A stretch of 22,901 nucleotides of DNA from positions 1 through 22,901 of the forward strand of contig CALBRH010000014.1 in the NCBI GenBank assembly GCA_937899865.1. Direction: 5' to 3'. Of this stretch, positions 7,208 through 14,457 are shown in pieces; the first letter of the stretch is position 1; each line of letters starts with the position of its first letter. Origin of the DNA: an uncultured euryarchaeote. Its GTDB lineage: Archaea; Thermoplasmatota; Poseidoniia; Poseidoniales; Poseidoniaceae. The notes under the pieces were generated by a model that was given only the letters and a program-made list of their open reading frames with translations, did not search any database and was not told the DNA's origin. Made by a program: the position numbers and the translations under genes.

Positions 7208-8523
7208 GTGCTCACAATAACCACGTGGACAATTCCATTTGGGGCCGAGCAATTTTGATGGCTGGGGCTTTCTTGACAATTGGAATTATCGCCTTTGCTG
7301 CACTTGGACTTGGCGTAGGTAGTATCAAACATGATACCTATGATGATGCCAAGGCTGCATACTATGACGCAATGGATGACCCAACAGTTAGTCAAGAAGA
7401 ACTTGACCACCTTCATCATGAAGAAATAGATGCACATCTATCATACTTGACCTACTGGGTAGCAGGTCTAACAATTCTAATTATCAGTATAATCTATGCG
7501 ATATTCTTAGGGATTGGTGGATTCATCAATTCTATACAACCACAAGAAGAACATGGCCATGATGACCATGGTCATGACGACCATGACGATCATCACGATG
7601 AGCACCATGGTTCAGCATCACCGATAATTTTCTGTTTTGGTGTACTATTATTCTTGATGGGCTTCCCTGATTTTGTTGAAGCATTAAGGGCACTAATGTC
7701 TCAAGGAGGTACTTTCGCTGCCGGAGATTTGGTCTTGAGTACTATTGGTTTAACCATCATAATGATTGGTGTTGCTAACTGGTGGCGTGAAGATTTACCT
7801 TTCATCGGTCATGGTGAGCAAATTGCAACCTCAGCACCTTTTGAAGGTGAGCACATTAGGAAGGCTGGGCTTTGGGTATTCATAATGTCTGAAGTAATGG
7901 TATTCGCAACTTTCTTCTCATCATATCTTAGAGTTAGAACTGAATGGTGTACTAAGTGGGCCTTCGATGAAGGCAAGTGTTCTGTTGGATCTACGGAAGG
8001 AGATATTGTACTAACCGCTTCAGATTATCTTCGACCAGGTGGTGCTGCTGGAACTGGTGATTTTTGGACCATGTTGCCAGGTGCGGTAAACACCTTTGCT
8101 TTGATTATCTCATCATATACCATTGTTCTAGCGTTAAAGACTGCTAAGTCAAAGGATTGGGAAGCACCAAAAGGCGTTATGAGATATTTGTTACCAGATA
8201 AGAAGAGAGCAGTTAGAAATTATCTAATCGCTACTCTATTGCTTGGTTCAATGTTTATTGTATTGAAATTGGTTGAGTGGAGTCACCTTGTTGCAGAAGG
8301 CTTCACCGTCGGAACTATCCAAGGTTCAATTTTCTATGTGGCAACTGGAGCACACGGTTTACACGTATTCGCTGGTTTGCTGATTATGCTCTATTTAGTA
8401 TTCAAGGCTGATACGATTGGCTATGATGAAGATAATGGGCAAGGTATCGAGTATTTCGGTTTGTATTGGCACTTTGTTGATTTGGCTTGGGTAGTGATTT
8501 TCCCAGCATTCTATTTGTATTGA
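7204..8523 (+). CDS. coxC: Heme-copper oxidase subunit III with an N-terminal His-rich extension
   Basis: GLWVFIMSEVMVF, NTFALIISS, ATGAHGLHV, GLYWHFVDLAW. ATGA overlap with coxI. Confidence 0.94.
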   Translation: MSAHNNHVDNSIWGRAILMAGAFLTIGIIAFAALGLGVGSIKHDTYDDAKAAYYDAMDDPTVSQEELDHLHHEEIDAHLSYLTYWVAGLTILIISIIYAIFLGIGGFINSIQPQEEHGHDDHGHDDHDDHHDEHHGSASPIIFCFGVLLFLMGFPDFVEALRALMSQGGTFAAGDLVLSTIGLTIIMIGVANWWREDLPFIGHGEQIATSAPFEGEHIRKAGLWVFIMSEVMVFATFFSSYLRVRTEWCTKWAFDEGKCSVGSTEGDIVLTASDYLRPGGAAGTGDFWTMLPGAVNTFALIISSYTIVLALKTAKSKDWEAPKGVMRYLLPDKKRAVRNYLIATLLLGSMFIVLKLVEWSHLVAEGFTVGTIQGSIFYVATGAHGLHVFAGLLIMLYLVFKADTIGYDEDNGQGIEYFGLYWHFVDLAWVVIFPAFYLY

Positions 8524-8532
8524 GGTGAGTTA

Positions 8533-8925
8533 ATGGGCGAGCATGCAGCAACAGGATTGGAAAAGTGGTTACTTGATAAAACGGGTAAAGATATTTATTT
8601 TTGGAATTTCCAAGTATTGATGTTTTTCACTTTGTTTGAAGTTGGTGCGGTTTTCTTTGAAGAAATCCCAGGCACAAATATTGCCATCACCAGATTCATG
8701 GTTTGGGGTATATTGATTGTCGTTGGAATAATCAAGGGTTACGGTATTGCAGCGTACTTTATGCACTTGAAGGGTGATCCAAGAATCTATACAAGAACCG
8801 CTTTATTCCCAGTTTTATTTGTTCTTTTGATGCTATGGGGAATCGGTCTTTCCAATCCAGAAGCAGTTACAGAACTGCCTTCTTGGTGTACGCCAGATTG
8901 GGAAAACTTTGCCACACAAAGATGA
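8533..8925 (+). CDS. Heme-copper oxidase subunit IV (prokaryotic)
   Basis: Three TM helices with IAAYFMHLK motif; SD GAGGTGA at 8522-8528; last gene of the cox run. Confidence 0.88.
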   Translation: MGEHAATGLEKWLLDKTGKDIYFWNFQVLMFFTLFEVGAVFFEEIPGTNIAITRFMVWGILIVVGIIKGYGIAAYFMHLKGDPRIYTRTALFPVLFVLLMLWGIGLSNPEAVTELPSWCTPDWENFATQR

Positions 8926-8958
8926 ATATTTGATATATTTTGGTCTGCTGGGCTTGTC

Positions 8959-10506
8959 ATGGTTTCTAAAAAAGCACTAATTGCGACATTAGTTATTTCA
9001 ATGCTTTTTGCCTCTACTATACCTACAGCTTCTGCTTACAAGGGTTACCAATTATCCCGTGGACCAGTAGATGATTTTACTCTAACCAATCAAGACAATG
9101 AACAAATGAATTTGACAGATTTTCGCGGCGATGTCATAGTAGTTGCATTTATTTTCACAAAATGCCCTGATGTATGTCCAATTATTACTCAATTACTTCG
9201 CTCTGTTGATGATGGGTTAAGCGAAGATTACCAAGAGCATGTATCAATAATCTCAATCAGTGTAGACCCTGATTATGATACCCCTGAGGTGCTCAAGGAA
9301 TACACCGAATTGCATGGAGCAGAATGGCCACATCTAACTGGAGACATTCAAGATATGGAAGAGATTTGGAGTAGCTTTGGTTTAGTAGTTCAAAAGAATG
9401 TTATCGAAGCACATATTGGTGAAATTAACGGACACCAGTCAGAAGATGCAACCGTAGTGTTTGTCAACAAGTCTGGTGCTGCCATAGAGCTAATGAATAC
9501 CCCAACAGCATGGTCGACTACGAAGTTCGCTGCACATGAAGCCGGATGGGAATTGAATTATTCTGTCCATGCCCAGTACGGCACCATGCTTAGTGGAATC
9601 GATGGTATTGATGCACCTGAAGATTATTCATGGTATTGGAAATTAATGACTTTCAATAAGAGTTCTGAGATGTGGGAAGAAGCAATGGTCGGAGTAGATT
9701 CAGTTGAACACCCTCAAAGCAAAAACATAGCATGGGTGGCCTCGCAAGCCAACGAATCTCTACTTGATGTACCCGATATGGATAATTCATCTGTCTCTGT
9801 AGTGTTCCCCGACAATACTACTGCTCATCAACAAATTACTCAATCAAATGGTTGGCATCTTACATCATCAGCATTTGATGGTGCTAGTATAAATTTCTCT
9901 GCACCAGATTCACAATACGGGCATTACCTTGAATCGGTTGGTGATGAAAACCCAGCAGATGACGATTATTCATGGTGGTGGGAATTACATGAATTTAATG
10001 ACACTGCAATGGCTTGGGAAGCAAGTACAGTGGGTATGGATTCAATTCTAAATCCACCTTACTTGGCTTGGGCGCCAAACTCTACCGACGATTCAACAAT
10101 CCCAATTCCTGGGGCATTTAGTGAGGATGAACAAGAAGTCTGTGATGGACATGGTTGGGAGATGGGTAGTGGTGCTGGCAAGCATTGTATGTGTGATGAT
10201 GGCTATGAGTGGCCAGAGGATACAATGCTGTCTTGTGTAGAAGTAGATGTAGAAGAAGAATATTATGTCGGACATTCTACAACTACATTGATTCTAGATA
10301 CAAAAAGAAAGCCGGTAATTGCATGGACTGGTGACAGTTGGAGTCCTGAAGAGTTTATTGATGATATCGAAAGTCTTGTTGAGGATGAGGGCTTGATAGA
10401 TACTGAATCAAAAGGAATTCCCGGTTTTACTGCTATTGTAAGTATTGCAGCAATATCTATCGCAGCAATCCGAATTGGTCGAAAGCAAACTAGTAATAAT
10501 GAATAA
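8959..10506 (+). CDS. SCO1/SenC copper chaperone with two inserted DUF4430/transcobalamin-C-like domains, an EGF-like Cys module and PGF-CTERM
   Basis: DFTLTNQD, FIFTKCPDVCP (CxxxC), SISVDPDYDTPEVL, WPHLTG; distal ligand YVGHS at about aa 439; C-terminal IPGF + TM + RK. TATA-like TGATATATTT at 8931-8940. Confidence 0.9.
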   Translation: MVSKKALIATLVISMLFASTIPTASAYKGYQLSRGPVDDFTLTNQDNEQMNLTDFRGDVIVVAFIFTKCPDVCPIITQLLRSVDDGLSEDYQEHVSIISISVDPDYDTPEVLKEYTELHGAEWPHLTGDIQDMEEIWSSFGLVVQKNVIEAHIGEINGHQSEDATVVFVNKSGAAIELMNTPTAWSTTKFAAHEAGWELNYSVHAQYGTMLSGIDGIDAPEDYSWYWKLMTFNKSSEMWEEAMVGVDSVEHPQSKNIAWVASQANESLLDVPDMDNSSVSVVFPDNTTAHQQITQSNGWHLTSSAFDGASINFSAPDSQYGHYLESVGDENPADDDYSWWWELHEFNDTAMAWEASTVGMDSILNPPYLAWAPNSTDDSTIPIPGAFSEDEQEVCDGHGWEMGSGAGKHCMCDDGYEWPEDTMLSCVEVDVEEEYYVGHSTTTLILDTKRKPVIAWTGDSWSPEEFIDDIESLVEDEGLIDTESKGIPGFTAIVSIAAISIAAIRIGRKQTSNNE

Positions 10507-10575
10507 TTTGTTCAATTTTTCAATCGATTTATTAGGGCAAAATACTACAAAGAGTAGCCATTCGGGTAAATTGTT

Positions 10576-10660
10576 GCAGAGATCGCATAGCCCGGTAGTG
10601 CGGTGGACTTGAAATCCACTGTCGTCAGACACGGGGGTTCGAATCCCTCTCTCTGCGCCA
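10576..10660 (+). tRNA. tRNA-Ser(TGA), CCA encoded
   Basis: Acceptor stem GCAGAGA/TCTCTGC, anticodon arm GTGGA-CTTGAAA-TCCAC, long variable arm TGTC-GTCA-GACA, T loop TTCGAAT. Confidence 0.97.
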
Positions 10661-10662
10661 TC

Positions 10663-10671
10663 TTTTTTTTT
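10663..10671 (+). terminator. Oligo-T terminator after tRNA-Ser
   Basis: T9 tract starting 3 nt after the CCA; oligo-T tracts are the typical archaeal intrinsic terminator. Confidence 0.6.
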
Positions 10672-10732
10672 AATGACAAATTAACTTGTTTTGATGGAAG
10701 AGTTCTCAAACTAAATCCTCTTTCGCATAATT

Positions 10733-12301
10733 ATGCGGAGGGCTCGACTCGCACTGTTACTCGTCTGCACGATGTTTTTAGCAGGCTGTATTGGAGCAAA
10801 TACCGCTGAATGGGGCAGTAATGGAATCGATGTCGATTTTTCCGAAGAAGAAGTGGAGATAACCACTAATTTAGGAGCATCCAAAACAACTTATGAGAAC
10901 CTATCACCAGTAGGTTGTGAAGTTGGCCAAGAGGTAATTACTGCAAAGAATGCCAGCGATGCAATAGAGTTCACTGGTTTTCTATCAGCAAGTGTTCTTT
11001 ATGAATCTCATGAACCAATAAAGGGTGCAAGAAATATGGAAACTGCAGTCACAGCAGCAGTTGCCATTCAATCAATGACAATTGGTGACGCTGAGAATGT
11101 TAAAGATGGCGAAGGTGCGAGAATTGACATTAAACAATGGGACCGTCCTCTAAGTCCAGAAACAAGAGGCACTGGTACGGTAGATTTGGATGATATTGAT
11201 CAAGAAGAAGAATCTGAATGGTATATTCTTGGCTTAATCCCTACTTCAGAGAATATCAATGACGGATTTAGAGCGTTATCAGAATGGCACAAACCAATTA
11301 CTGTGCATGGCTACTTGATTAGTACGACACTTGCGAACGGTTCTGCATTTACTATTGATGGCAAACAACAAACCACAGGATATCACCGAACATCAGGAAG
11401 CCAAGCTCATAACTTAGATGAAAACTGTAATCTTGTAGTTGGAATAAATAATTACCAGTCAGTTTTTGTTCTCGTTGAAAAAATTGAGATTGATGGTAGA
11501 GTGGTAAGTTCTAGTGGTAATCACGATGATGAGTGGAAGTTAGGCGATGTTCCATTCATTGGTCGTGCTGGATTTATCACATTCTTCTTTATCGTGGGCA
11601 TTGGTGGCTCTATTGGTATGTTTTTGCTATCACAAATGATAGTAAGAGACGGTGCCAAAGAAACCATGAAGACTTTGCTTGGTGAAGAAGGCCTAGCAAA
11701 AATCAAGAAGGTTGCCGCTGATTTGAAACGCGATAGAAAGTCTGGTTCAATTTCGCCAACAGAACGGAAACGTCAGCAAGATAAAGAAGATAAAGAGGCA
11801 CAGAAACTCCAGCAAGCAAGTAAGAAATCAGCAAAGAAAGATGAAGGCATCTCTGGTTTCGACCTTGATAGTGCTTTATCGGGAGATTCTTCAACAGATG
11901 AAAGCACTAACGATTTTGGCCGAGGCTCTTCTTCTGTAGTCGCAACAGAAGAATCAATCAAATTGGATAAAGAAATATCTGATTCAGAAGTATTAGGTTC
12001 TGCTGCCTTTGGCCAGCAAGACTCTTGGAGTCCACCACCATCTAAACGTGAAACTGCTTCTGTTAGTAATGTGGTTCCAAAAGAGCAGACGAAACAACGT
12101 ACTGAGCATTTCTCCAGTGTCCGTTCAAATTCAACTAAACCGGCAAAGAAAAAAGCTGCTAAAGCACCAGTAAAGCGTCGTGCCGCTAAGAAGCGTAAGG
12201 CTGTTGCACCTGAACCCCAAGAGCAGGAACCACAATATGAGGCAAAACCTGAACCTGAGACCTTTGATGACGACGACGATTTCTCGGATTTCTCGTTCTG
12301 A
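10733..12301 (+). CDS. Hypothetical lipoprotein with internal TM helix and low-complexity charged C-terminal tail
   Basis: Lipobox-type signal MRRARLALLLVCTMFLAGC; TM FITFFFIVGIGGSIGMFLL; S/E-rich linker, K/A/R-rich stretch and acidic end. Confidence 0.8.
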   Translation: MRRARLALLLVCTMFLAGCIGANTAEWGSNGIDVDFSEEEVEITTNLGASKTTYENLSPVGCEVGQEVITAKNASDAIEFTGFLSASVLYESHEPIKGARNMETAVTAAVAIQSMTIGDAENVKDGEGARIDIKQWDRPLSPETRGTGTVDLDDIDQEEESEWYILGLIPTSENINDGFRALSEWHKPITVHGYLISTTLANGSAFTIDGKQQTTGYHRTSGSQAHNLDENCNLVVGINNYQSVFVLVEKIEIDGRVVSSSGNHDDEWKLGDVPFIGRAGFITFFFIVGIGGSIGMFLLSQMIVRDGAKETMKTLLGEEGLAKIKKVAADLKRDRKSGSISPTERKRQQDKEDKEAQKLQQASKKSAKKDEGISGFDLDSALSGDSSTDESTNDFGRGSSSVVATEESIKLDKEISDSEVLGSAAFGQQDSWSPPPSKRETASVSNVVPKEQTKQRTEHFSSVRSNSTKPAKKKAAKAPVKRRAAKKRKAVAPEPQEQEPQYEAKPEPETFDDDDDFSDFSF

Positions 12302-13342
12302 TCAACGAATAATTTTCAATGCACTAGGCATTACTTCCATCTTTAGTGGAGTTGAGCCAATGTTCTCACCATCAACATTGATGGCAGTCGGCTTTGGAGT
12401 TGAGATTTCTAAAGTCTTGAATCGGTAATAATCTACCATTGGATGGAATACATGTCGTCCTTCTTTCTTCAATTGACCAAAGGCTTTGAGAATTTGACCA
12501 CGCTTCATTTTCTTCAATATTCCAATATCCATCATACCATCATCTAGTGAAGCACCAGGGGCTAGTGGCAACAGCGAACCTCCAGTTTGACTATTTTGAA
12601 TTAGGAATAATGTGAAGTCATCTTCGATAGGATGTCCATCAAGAGTTAGAGTAGCATGTCGGCGGTTGTTAGCCATAATTGCCATCAGTATTCCAACATC
12701 ATAGCGCATTGGGCCCATCCAACGCATTCCTTCAGCCTTAATTGTTGAATCAACACCAAGTCCCCAAGTGACAAGGTTTGCACTGTATCTGGTCAGTTCG
12801 CCATTCTCATTGCCAGGCAGTCCAGCTACCATATCCACTTTAGCAAGATCAAGTAACTGATAATTTCCGGTAATAATCCGTGAAATCGCTTCATCGGTGT
12901 CCTTGATTCTCAAATCATTAGCCATCGAGTTTCCAGTACCAGCAGGAATCAACCCAACTCGACATTGAGATTTAGCCTGCATCAATCCGGTTATGACTTC
13001 GGATAAACTTCCATCACCACCAACAACTACGACCACATCAGTATCATTGGTTGTAAGGCCAGCGGCTAACTGAATCAACTCTCCAGAGAAGGTGGAAAGA
13101 TGCATCTTTACTTCGATAGATTGTTGCTCAAACATTTGTTTAGCTTGTTTGGCAATTTTCTCACCCTTTTTTTTACCAGAGAATGGATTAACCATTAGAT
13201 GAATTACTTTTACTGCATCCCCTTGATTTACCTCTTTAGTGAAAACTTCAGCATAGATTGGACGATGCACACCTTTCTTTTTCTTGGTTGTCAAATCCGG
13301 TAAAAACTCGATTATTTCCGGTCCATTGCCGTTAGAGGCCAT
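12302..13342 (-). CDS. Diacylglycerol/lipid kinase family protein (YegS/BmrU-like)
   Basis: VNPFSG, VGGDGSL, IPAGTGN, LDDGMMD, NVDGE motifs. Start more likely at the ATG at 13342 (MASNG) than at 13402, which would overlap the divergent ribD ORF. Confidence 0.92.
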   Translation of the reverse strand: MASNGNGPEIIEFLPDLTTKKKKGVHRPIYAEVFTKEVNQGDAVKVIHLMVNPFSGKKKGEKIAKQAKQMFEQQSIEVKMHLSTFSGELIQLAAGLTTNDTDVVVVVGGDGSLSEVITGLMQAKSQCRVGLIPAGTGNSMANDLRIKDTDEAISRIITGNYQLLDLAKVDMVAGLPGNENGELTRYSANLVTWGLGVDSTIKAEGMRWMGPMRYDVGILMAIMANNRRHATLTLDGHPIEDDFTLFLIQNSQTGGSLLPLAPGASLDDGMMDIGILKKMKRGQILKAFGQLKKEGRHVFHPMVDYYRFKTLEISTPKPTAINVDGENIGSTPLKMEVMPSALKIIR

Positions 13343-13437
13343 ACTATCCGATAGGGGTTTGTCGCATGAATACTTCCCTATTGGGCAAAAGCAAGCACTC
13401 AATTATACAAAGCCACACGCAAGGCTCGGTGCAGACT

Positions 13438-14457
13438 ATGGGATGGAGTGAATCTGACGTTCAGTTCATGACTCGTGCCCTTGAAGTTGCCGAGATTGGT
13501 AGAGGACGTGTTTCACCTAACCCTTTGGTCGGTTGTGTACTTGTCAAAGATAACCAAATCATCGCTGAAGGCTGGCATGACCATCTTGGAGGCCTGCATG
13601 CTGAGCAGATGGCAATCCATGACGCTGAGCAAAAAGGTCACTCTCCTAACGGCTCTACTGCATACATTACTCTTGAGCCATGTAATCACTTTGGTCGCAC
13701 TCCACCATGTACTGAGGCTTTGATGTGGGCTGGAATTAACAAAGCGATTATTGCTCATTATGACCCAAATCCAACCGTGCGTGGTCAAGGAATCCAGGTG
13801 CTCAAGGATGCAGGAATTGAGGTTGAAACCGGATTACTTGAAGCTGAGGCAGCACATCAAATGCGTGAATTCCTGTATTGGTGCGAGCACAGAAAACCGA
13901 TTGTTACGGTAAAACTTGCAGTTGACAAGCATGGTTCAGTCGATGATCGTAGCCAAACTGCCGGTCGTTTTACTTCTGAAGGCTGCCTTGATGCCGTTCA
14001 TCAATTGCGCAAAGAATGCGACGGGATTCTTGTCGGTGTTGAAACAATCATCCGTGATAATCCATCACTAAACATACGCCGAGTTCCATCAGAGCGCCAA
14101 CCACTACGCATTGTAATCGACCCTAATGGAAGGATTCCTCAAGACGCCAATGTATTGACCGATGGTGGAGAGACAATTGTCCTAAGTGATGATTTCAGTA
14201 ATCTTCCCGCCTTGTTGAACCGCCTTGGCGATATGGAAATTCAGCGACTTATGGTTGAAGGTGGTCCAGTAACTATCAAGCATTTCATTAATGCTGGACT
14301 GGTTGATGAGTTCTATTTGGTTCAAGCAGATGTTGAGCATCAAACACCGTATCCTTCTGGTATTGATTCACAAACAATTACTGATGCAGGCTTAAGCCTC
14401 AATCAAACCATCACCTGGGGCGATGAGTTAGTGCAATTGTTTAGCAGAATTGCTTAA
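13438..14457 (+). CDS. ribD: Bifunctional riboflavin deaminase/reductase RibD
   Basis: SPNPLVG, HAE, TLEPCNHFGRTPPC (Zn deaminase); GILVGVETIIRDNPSL, QPLRIVID, LMVEGG (reductase). Likely start ATG 13438 (MGWSESD). Confidence 0.93.
   Translation: MGWSESDVQFMTRALEVAEIGRGRVSPNPLVGCVLVKDNQIIAEGWHDHLGGLHAEQMAIHDAEQKGHSPNGSTAYITLEPCNHFGRTPPCTEALMWAGINKAIIAHYDPNPTVRGQGIQVLKDAGIEVETGLLEAEAAHQMREFLYWCEHRKPIVTVKLAVDKHGSVDDRSQTAGRFTSEGCLDAVHQLRKECDGILVGVETIIRDNPSLNIRRVPSERQPLRIVIDPNGRIPQDANVLTDGGETIVLSDDFSNLPALLNRLGDMEIQRLMVEGGPVTIKHFINAGLVDEFYLVQADVEHQTPYPSGIDSQTITDAGLSLNQTITWGDELVQLFSRIA

Noticed and set aside
10603-10809. 68-aa ORF, and the similar ORF at 16620-16826
   Set aside because: Both overlap tRNA genes; shadow ORFs.
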